64,000 nucleotides of DNA. Origin: Eledone cirrhosa (Eukaryota). Where the stretch lies: assembly GCA_964016885.1 (NCBI GenBank), contig OZ024743.1:286130001-286194000 (forward strand), in the 5' to 3' direction. Positions 41,468 to 56,728 of this stretch are shown here, piece by piece. The notes under the pieces were generated by a model. It made no database searches and had not been told where the DNA came from. It worked only from the letters and a program-made list of their open reading frames with translations. The position numbers were made by a program, and so were the translations under genes. Each line of letters begins with the position of its first letter. Positions within the stretch are counted from its first letter, which is position 1.

Positions 41468-41609
41468 TATTCATTTATGGCTAATCCTTGTTACTCTGGA
41501 GTCTCACCTGTGTACTCATAGGATCATCAGATAAGACAGGTGATCCTGTGAGTGCGCAGATGAAACTTTAGAGTAACAAAGCTCACCAATAGCCATAATA
41601 AATGAATGT
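41468..41609. ncRNA. Fold-back of two decayed hammerhead copies
   Basis: Minus 41487-41535: cttat-CTGATGA-tcct...aggt-GAGA-ctccagag-TA-acaag. Plus arm: ...GAAA-ctttagag-TA-acaaa. Consensus stem III is the palindrome ctctagag. Confidence 0.65.
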
Positions 41610-41634
41610 ATATATATATTCATCACACACACAC

Positions 41635-41683
<49 letters not shown>

Positions 41684-41843
41684 ATACTTTGGAAGGGTCA
41701 TGTTGCCAATAAGAAACACATGCACCAGTTGCTTTCACTTCAATTTATTATATATTTATAAATTTATAAATTTACAAATTTACAAACTTATAAATTTCTG
41801 GTTGGTTGGTTGGTTCCACAACCAGATAGTTGTTTATATATAT

Positions 41844-41888
41844 AGTCATAGTCCTTTCGTCACACACTCTGTGACCTCTTCAGTGACT
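41844..41888 (-). ncRNA. Minimal type I hammerhead (PLE left arm)
   Basis: Reverse complement of the 43174-43218 motif. Confidence 0.82.
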
Positions 41889-43173
41889 GGGGATTCCTTT
41901 CTTTGTTTCTGTGCCTTTCCTTTCTTCTATCCTACGCTATTTTGTTTCTGTGTGTGTGTTGTGTGTTCAGTTTGCGCATGCGCCACATCCGGGTGTCTGT
42001 GTGTGTTTGTGTTCATTTATCTATTTGTTTATTTATTTATTTATTTATTGTTGGTTGGTTGTTTGTTCTATGTGTGTGTGTGTTTTCATTTTGTCCTGTG
42101 TGTGTTTTCATTTTGTCCTTAATTGTAAGTTGTTTGTTCTATGTGTGTGTGTGTTTTCATTTTGTCCTGTGTGTGTTTTCATTTTGTCCTTAATTGTAAG
42201 TTGTGATGTTGCTGTTCCACTCATATTTTCTATTTAATTTTGGTTTTAATTCTTTTATGCTTACTGCCTCTGTAATTTGCCTAAACATTGCGTCTTTTCT
42301 GTGTGTGGATTCTATTTTTATTTCTATGTTCTCTAATCTACCCCTGTGTTCTATCTTAGCATGTTGGTAGAGCACAGATGATTCTTTATTATCTTGGAGG
42401 TCTCGCCAGTGTTCATTTATTCGTTCTCCTATACTACGAGCTGTCTCACCTATGTACACTATATTTTTGTTTCTACATTGTCCTTCAGTACATCTTATGC
42501 TATACACTACATTTCTAGTTTTACAGTTAATATGGGGGCTTATTTTACAGGTTATACATTTCTTATCTATACATGAGGGTCTTTGGAACGGGTATGTCTT
42601 GCTAATAAGTGTTTTTACGGAGGTACGTAGTATAGGAGAACGAATAAATGAACACTGGCGAGACCTCCAAGATAATAAAGAATCATCTGTGCTCTACCAA
42701 CATGCTAAGATAGAACACAGGGGTAGATTAGAGAACATAGAAATAAAAATAGAATCCACACACAGAAAAGACGCAATGTTTAGGCAAATTACAGAGGCAG
42801 TAAGCATAAAAGAATTAAAACCAAAATTAAATAGAAAATATGAGTGGAACAGCAACATCACAACTTACAATTAAGGACAAAATGAAAACACACACAGGAC
42901 AAAATGAAAACACACACACACAGAACAAACAACTTACAATTAAGGACAAAATGAAAACACACACAGGACAAAATGAAAACACACACACACATAGAACAAA
43001 CAACCAACCAACAATAAATAAATAAATAAATAAACAAATAGATAAATGAACACAAACACACACAGACACCCGGATGTGGCGCATGCGCAAACTGAACACA
43101 CAACACACACACAGAAACAAAATGGCGTAGGATAGAAGAAAGGAAAGGCACAGAAACAAAGAAAGGAATCCCC

Positions 43174-43218
43174 AGTCACTGAAGAGGTCACAGAGTGTGT
43201 GACGAAAGGACTATGACT
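43174..43218 (+). ncRNA. Minimal type I hammerhead (PLE right arm)
   Basis: agtca-CTGAAGA-g gtcaca gagtg tgtgac-GAAA-ggac-TA-tgact. Confidence 0.82.
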
Positions 43219-43442
43219 ATATATATAAACAACTATCTGGTTGTGGAACCAACCAACCAACCAACCAGAAATTTATAAGTTTGTAAATTTGTAAATTTAT
43301 AAATTTATAAATATATAATAAATTGAAGTGAAAGCAACTGGTGCGTGTGTTTCTTATTGGCAACATGACCCTCCCAAAGTATAACAATATCGGTTTCAAC
43401 ACACGATTTCAGATAAAAAATCTTGCTAAACAAATTCAGAAA

Positions 43443-43477
<35 letters not shown>

Positions 43478-43588
43478 TGATGAATAAATTGGGTATAATA
43501 TCAGTTTCTTACCAAATGCAAAGAAGCTCGATATATTAACTTCTTAGGAAAGGGCACAGAGCATAATTTTTAAAAAATTATATATATA

Positions 43589-43825
43589 CAGTAGCGGTGG
43601 TACTGGATAGGGGCATGCCACCCTCCAAAAATTATATTTTCTCCGAATACTACCAAAACACACATCTATTTGGATATGCACTACAGTTTATGTACATGTT
43701 ATGTTTACCACATATTGAAGTTTTCTGACCATTTTAGAGTGCAAAGAGCTAAGCTAATCACTACAACTAAATACGCCAAATTTGCCCCTCCCCCTCCCAA
43801 TTCAGAAATGCTTCCACCGCCCCTG
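43589..43825. mobile_element. hAT-like MITE
   Basis: TIRs CAGTAGCGGTGG and CCACCGCCCCTG. Confidence 0.65.
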
Positions 43826-43848
43826 ATATTTATATATATACACACAGA

Positions 43849-44023
43849 CAGTGAAATTCCATTATAACGAAATTCACGGGGTATACAAAAAATTCGTTGT
43901 AACGAAAAATTCTTTATTACGAGATTGACCTAACACATCAAGCGTGTGGCCGGTGATTGAAAAAAATCTTGATATACTGAAAAATTCGTTAAAATGATAT
44001 TCGTTATAACGGAATTTTACGTG
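43849..44023. mobile_element. Tigger/pogo-like MITE
   Basis: TIRs cagtgaaattccattataacgaa and ttcgttataacggaattttacgtg. Confidence 0.7.
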
Positions 44024-44051
44024 CATATATATATATTAGTAAAAAAAGTAA

Positions 44052-44419
44052 GTTTCGTTTACATGTATAAGATTGTTATGGTGTATCGAACTGTTACGTG
44101 CATTTCGCAGAGGAATGCCTCAAGGTCACCCATAAGAGTTATGGACCCGACTCCATTATCGATCTTATCTTCAGACTGGTGACGTGACAAAATCTATTCA
44201 TTTTTGTCACATTGCCAGTCAGAAGAGCAGATCGATAATGGACTCGGGTCAACAACTCCCATGGGTGACTTTGAGCCAATCCTCTGCGAAATGCGCGTAA
44301 CAGGTCGATACACAATAAAAATCTTATACATGTAAACGAAACCTCCTCGTTTTTTAAAAAATATATACACTTTGCCTGTGCATAGAGAGCTCGTTTTTGT
44401 ACCACCACTAAATCACCTA

Positions 44420-44421
<2 letters not shown>
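44052..44421 (+). mobile_element. Non-coding fold-back element with a hammerhead in each arm
   Basis: Hairpin 44052-44342. Plus 44215-44304: ccagt-CAGAAGA-gcaga...tctgc-GAAA-tgcgcg-TA-acagg. The minus copy has CTGAAGA. Confidence 0.75.
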
Positions 44422-44474
<53 letters not shown>

Positions 44475-44483
44475 CATATAAAT

Positions 44484-44514
<31 letters not shown>

Positions 44515-44549
44515 CATACATATATATATATATATATAAATATATATAT

Positions 44550-44580
<31 letters not shown>

Positions 44581-44929
44581 AATATATATATATACATACA
44601 TATATATATATATATATATGTATGTTGTGGAGGCGTGTGGCTGAGTGGTTAGAGAACTGGATTGACAATGGTGAGGTTGTGAGTTCGATTTCCGAACTGC
44701 GCGATGCGTTATGTCTTTGAGCAAGACACTTTATTTCACGTTGCTTCTTCTACCTGGAGTTGCGACCGATAGATAGTATTAGCAATTGGAAAGACCAATG
44801 GAAACATCGTTTCCTCGGTCCGATTTGACGAAAGTCGATCGACTGTCGATATATATATATATATATATATAAATATATATATATACATACATATATATAT
44901 AAATAAATATATATATACATACATATACA

Positions 44930-45878
44930 TCTTTAAGTCGTTTGGAAGCCTCGACAATGCAAATGGGTAAATCTCCGGGTAACAAGGTCCGGTGGTGGAG
45001 AGAGAGATGTAAGTGGGTGTACGTTGAGATGCGTGGTGTGTATAAGATGTGTGAGATGTGTAAAATGAAGGGTATAGTATAAAGGATAAAATAAAAATAA
45101 CAACACAAGAGAGTTAATAGTCCCTATATATTTCGGATTCACATCCATCAACTGGGTTTTTTTTCCGTGGTGGGGGAAAAGGTTGTCTGTCGGACAAGTC
45201 CGGAACGCGTCCTTCGCTGTTTGTTGTTTTGAATATCTGAGGTATTCGGCAGAGCGCGCGTGCGCGTGAAATGGGGTCGGTCGTACAGAGGTCAGCGGCC
45301 GAATGAGGGAGTGGGATGGCGCTAGCTGTCAGTCCATTCTCTGACTGTTTGTTAAATGTTACTGTGTGTGTGTGTGCGTGTGTTGTTGTCTCGCTTGAGT
45401 GTGTGTGTGTGTGTGTGCGTGTGTTGTTGCCTTGTTCCTCTGTATTGGCAGTGTAGTATGTTCGTATGGTGGAATGCTACTGTGTGTGTGTGCGTGTGTG
45501 TGTGTAGTTGTCTCGTTTGCGTGTGTGTGTGTGCGTGTGTTGTGTGTTGTTGCATCGCTTGTTAACTTAAACCAGCCATCTCATTTTGCTTCTCTCTGAT
45601 CGGTTGTTTATTTGCGGTTGCAGTCGTTTGATAAAAAGCGCTTCCTTGATACGTAACGTGCCGACGTTTCTTTCAGTCGCTAGAATTGTGACAATGGGCC
45701 TTACGTCTCTGTTTCCGCATTTGTCTATGTGTTTCCGGAAAGACGAGGCCCTGGTTTTAATGTGTTCCTTGATCCGGATGTGCAAAGGTCGAATTGTGCT
45801 ATCTATGTAGTATTGGTTGCACCTGTCACATTCTATCTTATACACGACGTATGTGCGTAGGCAACAGTTCGCATGGCG
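44930..45878 (-). mobile_element. Penelope-like element 3' fragment (GIY-YIG C-terminus + 3' UTR with decayed HHR at 45121-45156)
   Basis: 45567-45878 encodes [29 protein letters not shown]...[17 protein letters not shown]. Confidence 0.88.
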
Positions 45879-47571
<1,693 letters not shown>

Positions 47572-47796
47572 CAGTATTTACGTATCGAGAAAGAGAAAGA
47601 GAAAAAAAAGGGGAGGATAGGTGATACATATAGTTATTTGCCAAGTAGCGTATGCCAAAGGTGCTCGATACTAGTGCCGGCAGTATTAAATATTCGAAGT
47701 GTTAATATTTAGTGGGCTAGAGAGTTAGCAGAGCGTAAGCACGTGGGAAAGTAAAAAATTGGAGAATAGACCGTTAAAACATGTTTATTTAAAACA

Positions 47797-47836
47797 GCAC
47801 CTACGTACGTTTCGCCCAGTTGGGCTTCTCAAGGGC
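47797..47836 (-). ncRNA. Type I hammerhead, U3-A8 core variant (left arm)
   Basis: Reverse complement of 51680-51719. Confidence 0.85.
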
Positions 47837-50459
47837 ATAAATAATCACAAGTGTTCCTTATATTGCCCGGAAAGAGTTTTTGGGGTTAAATCCACATCAA
47901 GGTTCATTGCTCGCAAAAATATCTTGTTTTGATTTTGCAGCAGGTCAAGGGAGGTAACTCTGGCCGGTGTTAGGGCAGTCTTTCCCGGACAACTTTTTTT
48001 TTTTTTTTTTTTTCCTTGCCGCATCTGTTTATCTGAGGCTGGGGCTGGTACGCAAGGATTGTTTCCTGGGTGTTATTTTGCAGCGCCTGCCCGCCGGGGT
48101 GTTAAGACTTGTTGCAGGGAGATCCGGTGTACGGTTTCACTCCTCATCCTTAACCCATCTGAAGAAGGATATTTTTAAGCGATGTGTAAACTTATCGCTG
48201 TTTCAGCTCTGCTGTTGATGAGCTCGTGGGGTGCAGTTATGATGTGGTAGAGCTCCATGAGGCAAAGATCGCATTTCCTCTTGAAGTTGTACGGTGCAGC
48301 CCTGCCGACAATCTCCCAGTGCGTGGAGAAGCTGATGTTTAAGTCCTTTAGTGATGTGATGTAGTCCGCGAGCGAAGTGGAGGGCCTTAGTTTTCTATTT
48401 GTGACAGAGTGGAGATGTGTTCGAAACCTAATTTTGAACGGGCCGGAGGTAGCCCCTATATAATGTTTAACGCTATTGTGGCTGGTAATAGTGCATCTAT
48501 ATATAACCCTATCAGTCAAGCAGTATCCTCTAAGGTGGCAGCGTCCTCTGTCGCGGCAGTTGCAATTTCTGTCGCGGTTCGTCTATTTCCCACGGTAAGG
48601 CTATCATTGTTGCTGCCTACGTTGTTACCTACGCTACCGCAGCTGTCTTTAGCACCATTACAACCCACAGCATGCGGGGTGGTGTGATTGTTATTCCGCA
48701 CGTCATGTCCTGCATGTTCCCCAGTCATTTCGCGGTTATGCTGGTTGCGTCTGCGGATGCCGTTGCCAACACTATTGGATGCTGCCAAGGAGTTGTTAAG
48801 GCCGATATAGTTATTGTCAGGTGTAGGTGCGTCTGTGTCGAGGTGCTGTGTCTTGGTGATCTTACTGTGGTTCGTTGTTCCTATGATGTCTGCTAGGTTA
48901 GGAGTAGTAGAGAAGGATATTTTTATATTGTTCCTATTAAGAATTTTTCTATACCTATGGTTGGGCGGGAAGTTCTTCTCTAAGGCTTCGAAGAACATCC
49001 GGGGTATGTTGGAGGCCACACTCCGAGAGTAGGGGGGTGGGGTGGGTGGTGGAACCATAGGACGTTACGGTGGCGATTACGTGTCCTTGTACTTTTGCTA
49101 TGGGTGGTTCCATCTAGGTGACCGCTCTTATGTGTGTTAATGCGCAGTCGCCCGTTCGGTGCCCCTTTCACTTTATGCTCGGGTGCACTCTTCCTACCTC
49201 TTCCATGTTTATGTACACGAAGATGTTGGTTGGAAGGCGTTGGTAGTAGGCCGTCGCCTTTGTTGGTTTTGTAATAGGGGAATAGTTCGAGTAATCTACA
49301 GTGTTCACCGTCCCGGGGTCGTGATCTTTGGTGCGGTTATCTATTCTATTATATCCGACTTCAACGAGGTCGCCGCGTGATCGGTTATAGGTATGGCTTA
49401 CTATAACGTTTGTTTTATGAGGAGGGTGGTTTCTAGAGCTAGCGTTAGGGATGTAGGAAATTCTTCGGTTAAAGCCGGCGCTTATCAGGGCCCTATTGTA
49501 GTAATCTGCCGCTTAGTTGAAGATATCCTCATTGGCGGATAGCCTCGAGATTCTATGTGAGATACTATAGACTATCCAGTTCGAAGGCTCCCACTGGACC
49601 AGAACCAACCGTCCTGATAACTTCGATGTCACGATGGGGTCCAGTGACTCAGCGCAAGCAACTGACCTGGTCGGGATATACCTCCTACATAAGCTTAGGG
49701 AAGAGATACCGGCCCTACAAGGAACCATAGCCCCCGATTGATAGAGAACCTTAACAAACATATACACAGGTTCTTCAAGTCATACGGCCTATCCGTAACT
49801 ATGGACCTCAACCACAGGGTTGTCAACTTCCTGGACGTGACCCTGGAGTTGAGTACGGGCTTATACAAGCCATACCATAAGCCTGGAGAGTGCCTCTCTT
49901 ATATTAATTATGCCTCCAACCACCCTAAGCAGACTCTCAACTCCATAGTCTATAGTATCTCACATAGAATCTCGAGGCTATCCGCCAATGAGGATATCTT
50001 CAACCAAGCGGCAGATTACTACAATAGGGCCCTGATAAGCGCCGGCTTTAACCGAGGAATTTCCTACATCCCTAACGCTAGCTCTAGAACCCCCCCCTCA
50101 TAAAACAAATATTATAGTAAGCCATACCTATAACCGATCACGCGGCGACCTCGTTGAAGTCGGATATAATAGAATAGATAACCGCACCAAAGATCACGAC
50201 CCCGGGACGGTGAACACTGTAGATTACTCGAACTATTCCCCTATTACAAAACCAACAAAGGCGACGGCCTACTACCAACGCCTTCCAACCAACATCTTCG
50301 TGTACATAAACATGGAAGAGGTAGGAAGAGTGCACCCGAGCATAAAGTGAAAGGGGCACCGAACGGGCGACTGCGCATTAACACACATAAGAGCGGTCAC
50401 CTAGATGGAACCACCCGTAGCAAAAGTACAAGGACACGTAATCGCCACCGTAACGTCCT

Positions 50460-51344
50460 ATGGTTCCACCACCCACCCCACCCCCCTACTCTCGGAGTGT
50501 GGCCTCCAACATACCCCGGATGTTCTTCGAAGTCTTAGAGAAGAACTTCCCGCCCAACCATAGGTATAGAAAAATTCTTAATAGGAACAATATAAAAATA
50601 TCCTTCTCTACTACTCCTAACCTAGCAGACATCATAGGAACAACGAACCACAGTAAGATCACCAAGACACAGCACCTCGACACAGACGCACCTACACCTG
50701 ACAATAACTATATCGGCCTTAACAACTCCTTGGCAGCATCCAATAGTGTTGGCAACGGCATCCGCAGACGCAACCAGCATAACCGCGAAATGACTGGGGA
50801 ACATGCAGGACATGACGTGCGGAATAACAATCGCACCACCCCGCGTGCTGTGGGTTGTAATGGTGCTAACGACACCTGCGGTAGCGTAGGTAACAACGTA
50901 GGCAGCAACAATGATAGCCTTACCGTGGGAAATAGACGGAACCGCGACAGAAATTGCAACTGCCGTGACAGAGGACTCTGCCCCCTTAGAGGATACTGCT
51001 TGACTGATAGGGTTATATATAGATGCACTATTACCAGCCACAATAGCGTTAAACATTATATAGGGGCTACCTCCGGCCCGTTCAAAATTAGGTTTCGAAC
51101 ACATCTCCACTCTTTCACAAATAGAAAACTAAGGCCCTCCACTTCGCTCGCGGACTACATCACATCACTAAAGGACTTAAACATCAGCTTCTCCACGCAC
51201 TGGGAGATTGTCGGCAGGGCTGCACCGTACAACTTCAAGAGGAAATGCGATCTTTGCCTCATGGAGCTCTACCACATCATAACTGCACCCCACGAGCTCA
51301 TCAACAGCAGAGCTGAAACAGCGATAAGTTTACACATCGCTTAA
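50460..51344 (+). pseudogene. PLE linker + GIY-YIG endonuclease domain
   Basis: ORF track 50460-51344; joined by frameshifts to the RT fragment at 49575-50103. Confidence 0.85.
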
Positions 51345-51679
51345 AAATATCCTTCTTCAGATGGGTTAAGGATGAGGAGTGAAACCGTACACCGGATCTC
51401 CCTGCAACCAGTCTTAATACCCCGGCGGGCAGGCGCTGCAAAATAACACCCAGGAAACAATCCTTGCGTACCAGACCCAGCCTCAGACAAACAGATGCGG
51501 CAAGGAAAAAAAAAAAAAAAAAGTTGTCCGGGAAAGACTGCCCTAACACCGGCCAGAGTTACCTCCCTTGACCTGCTGCAAAATCAAAACAAGATATTTT
51601 TGCGAGCAATGAACCTTGATGTGGATTTAACCCCAAAAACTCTTTCCGAGCAATATAAGGAACACTTGTGATTATTTAT

Positions 51680-51719
51680 GCCCTTGAGAAGCCCAACTGG
51701 GCGAAACGTACGTAGGTGC
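51680..51719 (+). ncRNA. Type I hammerhead, U3-A8 core variant (right arm)
   Basis: gccc-TTGAGAA-gccc aact gggc-GAAA-cgtacg-TA-ggtgc. Confidence 0.85.
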
Positions 51720-51773
51720 TGTTTTAAATAAACATGTTTTAACGGTCTATTCTCCGATTTTTTACTTTCCCAC

Positions 51774-51928
<155 letters not shown>

Positions 51929-52509
51929 AGTGCAGAATAAAGTTGAACATAGATTATATGTTATTACTTTCTTTAAAAAAATATTCCTGTAACCTATTTT
52001 ATTTTCAGTCAATGAAATCTATTTACTACTCTGATAAAATCAATACTGCTCAAGTACTGACGGATCAATCAACTATACTTTCCCACTTTGTGGAATTATT
52101 CCAAAGTTAGAATCATTATAGTAAAATTTAGGTTGTTGCAGTGCCAGAAATGTTGAAAGGACCGACTAAATAGCTACAACTATCATTTGCCTTTCATCTT
52201 TCCACCGATACTTAAATAACATTCGTATACTGGAATCGATTTTAATAAACATTACCCTCCTTCTTTTACAAATTTGTGGTATTGAACCAATATGAAAAAT
52301 AATTATTACGAAATGTTTGTGTATTATTTACACCAGCCAATATTGGATCTCTATGACCTCACTAGAAATAGCAGACAAATCTCAATCAAATCACAACACA
52401 GTCTTTCAAACAGATGGGGTGATATAGTAATGACTGAAACTCAAAACTAAGGATTTGTCTGATACTCGAATAACTCTGCAAATCCAACACAATGAGAAAT
52501 CAAGATTAA

Positions 52510-52918
52510 TAATTGTTTCTAATTTCACAAGGACAGCAATTAGAAGGGAAGGGAAAAGTGATTAAACAGACCCCACTGTGTTACTGGTGCATAATTTCAT
52601 CGACCCCTTAAGGAAAAATGCAAAGCTAACCTCGTTGGGATTTGAACTCAGAGTGTAAAGAGCCTCAACTATATGCCACAAATCATGATGTCTGAAACTC
52701 AACTGAAACTGCGAATCCACTGACCTGCCAAAGTTAATAATTGATTCTACTTTTGGCAGAAGGACTGCAATTACCCCAGTGCATTACTGGTGCTTTATTT
52801 TATCGACCCCGTAAGGATGAACGGAAAAATTAACCTCAGCAGGATTTGAACTCAGAACGTTAAGGGACATAACTCTATGCTGAAAAGCTTGGTGTCTGAC
52901 GTTCTACCGATACTGCCA
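52510..52918 (-). mobile_element. Two tandem OR-like SINEs
   Basis: Two GGATTTGAACTCAG B boxes with shared bodies. Confidence 0.85.
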
Positions 52919-53038
52919 AGTAAACATGAATAAGTTAAAAAGTAAATGAGTAAGAGGGATATGGGAAAAGGTGGCGGCAAGAAGAGAGCTGGATGAGTGA
53001 GAGAGAGAGAGAGCGCGAGAGAGAGGTATAGAGAGAGC

Positions 53039-53085
<47 letters not shown>

Positions 53086-53619
53086 GAGAGGGAGAGAGAG
53101 AGAGGAAGCGAGAGAGATAAGTTAACAAGAATAGAGAAAGTGTGAGAGAAAGGGGGAGTATTATACATTGAGAGAGTGAGAAAGAAGACAATGGTAAGTC
53201 TAACAGCGTGACTATCGGAAATGAAGCAAAGGGTAATGAACAAACTAATGTACAGAATTGCAGTAAATATCCGCCCATCTTTATACACTGGTACGACACT
53301 ACATACATACATATGATCATCATAATCTATAAAGCTCAGTGTGTGGTCATGCTCCTTCGTTATAGAAATCTACGATATAGAATTTCTTCAATTGAAATTT
53401 ACAATTCAGTATTCGAAACAGCTTCAATTGCGTCTTGACGCAGATAATTTTTTCAATTTCACCCACAATTACGCAAAAAAATAGATAAAACTCAATATTT
53501 TACGATTTTTCTCTCTCATTTAAACTGCTGAACTCTTTCTACTACCATTCAAAATCTATACAACTTCATACTTTCTGCTACTTTCTCTTTCCAAGCTTGA
53601 TGGTGATACTGTCCGTTCA

Positions 53620-54124
53620 CACCACTCCCTACTGTCTTAAATTTAGAAAACATATCTTCTATGAGGTCACTAAACCTGCTAGAAACAGCAGCTAACTCTC
53701 CCCCATATCACACCACTCCCTACTGTCTTAAATTTAGAAAACATATATCCTCTATGAGGTCACTAAACCTGCTAGAAACAACAGCTAACTCTCCCTCATA
53801 TCACAACCCTCCTTACTGTCTTAAATTTAGAAAACACACAGACAACCACGCAGAACAACTCCATCGCAGCTCTGTTGTTCGGCTGGCATCGTCTACGCGC
53901 GTGTTGCGCAAGTACTGTGAAACAATAAATTTCAACACTTTTTTGCACAGAGATAATATCCATAGGCGAAACTACAATTGTCACTGCTGGCGCAGCTCAT
54001 GCTTCCAGGTCTGCAATTCATTCACCCAGTGCCTGGCAGACAAAAAAGTGCTGCCATAAAATGGGTGGTGCAACCTAACTTTGGTAACTTAATGACCCCG
54101 AGCAACGCCGGGCTTTAATGCTAG
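53620..54124 (+). mobile_element. Helitron-like element with tandemly repeated ~90-bp 5' unit
   Basis: Matches 20576-20966; ctccctactgtcttaaatttagaaaaca occurs three times; hairpin + CTAG end. Confidence 0.75.
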
Positions 54125-55402
54125 TACTACATAAAGGTATATTCAGTAAGTGATGGTCTGTTGCTAAACAACACTAAAGTTAGTTATTGTCTATGTACTA
54201 GCAATACATACATACATACACACATACATACATACACACATACATACATGATGGCTGCCCCCTCGTTATCGAGTATGGTCATTGCATGATATACCATTAT
54301 TAATAATTATTAATTAATTCTATCGTGCAATGCCTGTGCGTGAAGATATTTCTTAAAGTGAGGAAAGACTGTGCACTGAGCCAATCCCACTTTCTGAGAG
54401 ACAGTAGCTATAACCCGAAAAGAAGAAAATATCAACATCATCGGTAACTACTGAGCCGCAGGTTTTATATCGGAGTTATCCCAGTTTCCTGAATTGCCTT
54501 CTCCTAGAAGAATGCCCTGACAAAGGCTAGTGGTCCGTCACTCCCAATGGTTTAACTGCGCGATACATGTGTACATATATACATACATACATGCGTACGT
54601 ACATACATACCTACACACATACGTGCGTACATAATGGCTGCATCTCGGTTTCGAGAATTGCCATCCCTTGACCTTTTTCTTATACATGGGTAACACGAAC
54701 ATGACTTTTTAGTCATGCCAAGGACTTAGATTCCTTTCTGCATATGTTGCAGCGAAAGAAAAAAGAAAAGGTCATGCTCATTAAACACACGTGAAAGGCG
54801 TTAAGATAAATTAATGCCTGTGCTTGAAGCTTTTTTAAGTGAAGAAAAGCCCTGCACTGGACAACGATGACAGTTATCCAAAAAGAACTTAATTTTACGT
54901 TAACTTTTTGTCGAGCTTCAAACAAGGACAGCTTGGATGTGTTAAATACTCCTGACTCAGGTTTTTGTATTTTAATCTTAAAGAGAATTAATTGCAAGTC
55001 CCAAATAATTTTTCGTTAATTTTGTTCGATTCATATCTCGATCCCTTCGAAACGCTGGCCAGTCAAAGTCCACGCTATATTTATGAGGTAGTATCAAACA
55101 AGTATAAGCGGATAGAATGCTTTGCAGCATTAATTCCAGTTCAAATCACGCCGAGTTCAATTTAACCTTTCATCCTTTCGAGGTCGATTAAAAGGACTAG
55201 TCCAGTACTGGGGTAAGTTCTTTCTCTATATCTCTTTCTCACTTCCTCTCTATCATTTTCTCTCTCCCTTTCTGGAAGAAATCAATGGTGTTCAAACATT
55301 GAGAGGAGATAGGTCCCGCCAGGTTTTAAATGTCCAAAAAACGCCGTATGTCATTACGGTGACCTTACGACTCCACCAGGAGCTACGTGTACATACATAC
55401 AT

Positions 55403-55483
<81 letters not shown>

Positions 55484-55999
55484 TACATACATACATACAT
55501 ACATACATACATACATACATACATACATACATCATGCACTGACTGATGGAGAGAGTTCGGTTTGCGTGTATGTATGCGTGTATATGTCTATGTATGTAAA
55601 TATATCTATGTAAACGAAAATCCACTGAGAAACAATTGGCTAGCTCACACTACACTGCCAACTCTTCTGTCTACCCTCTTTCATACCACACCATCCATAA
55701 GTCTTACGATACTCCTCCCAGACTTCAAGGAACGTTATACGAAAGAAACAGAAAAAGTAAATAAAATAGTGTGAGGGGACGTGTTAAATAAGGGTGAGGC
55801 GAGTAATGGAGTGAATGAATGAAATATAAATCGCTAGAGCGAACGAATGGATGAAATAAACAGTATAAGAGATAGAGAGAGAGAAGGAGATAGAGTGAGA
55901 CAGAGAGGTGGATAGATTGATCAATCGATAGATAGATAGAGAGATATATATAGACAGATATAGGATGAATGATTGAATAAAACAAAGTGTTAGAGAGAA

Positions 56000-56690
56000 A
56001 GACAGAGTTGTTTCAACATTGGTCTTGTTGGTTTGAAGCAACAGGAGGCACTTTCGCATATGACGTGCATGTATGCAAGGGGGTGAGTCTGGTGAGATAG
56101 AAGAGGATAGATTTGGAGATTTGCCAACAGCATGCACTGTAGAATTGGATGCAAAGCAGACAGCGAATGTGGGAGTTTTCTCCCACGAATGTACTCTCAC
56201 AGAACCATCGTAGTGGAGGTTGAAAGATTCGGCAAGAGATTAGAAGGCTCGACTGAAATTTGAGAAGTGGAAGAACTTGAGAGTTGTGTCACACATAGAG
56301 GCATCTTGTAAAAATTTTGGAGGCAGGGTGAATTTTTCCAGGCTTTATTGTTTGAGCGAATTTGGGCTATGAGTTTTTGTTGGGTGTAGATTGTAAGGAC
56401 ATGTCTATGGGGTTGGTTTCAGTCACACACCTAGCTACTTCTGATGGGTCAGAAGTGAAGCACATGTGATACAATGGAGAGTTTAGATGAAAATAAAAAC
56501 CACAAAAGAATAGACAAAAAACAAACCCCAAAAATTGGTGGTGTTTCGACGAGTCGGCTGAAGTGGTGCGTCATAGGGCCCAGGAGTGGGGCGTTAAGTA
56601 GATGTGTATTAGGAAGTCGTGATAAGGCAGCAGTCGGACGACCCGATAGACAGTTATGATCAGTTAGAGAAGAAATAAGATTTAAGAAAT
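56000..56690 (-). mobile_element. Decayed Jockey-group LINE ORF2 fragment
   Basis: Broken frames with CFTSDPSEVARCVTE and EKTPTFAVCFASNSTV, resembling the APE-RT linker. Confidence 0.45.
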
Positions 56691-56728
56691 GACTTTGATG
56701 TGAGTGTTGATAATAAGAATTTCTTCAA

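Larger units (their letters stand above)
41676..43445. mobile_element. Penelope-like element 3' fragment in head-to-head inverted duplication (GIY-YIG endonuclease)
   Basis: Arms 41676-42438 and 42626-43390. Minus ORF reads CIDKKCITC..NCKTRNVVYSIRC..VYIGETARSIGERINEH..RQITEA..PKLN. Flanked by (TA)n. Confidence 0.92.

Noticed and set aside
51345-51680. Possible SECIS element or selenocysteine recoding, as reported for some Naiad PLEs
   Set aside because: No convincing AUGA/AA/GA kink-turn stem by eye and no in-frame TGA at conserved Cys positions. SECISearch would be needed.
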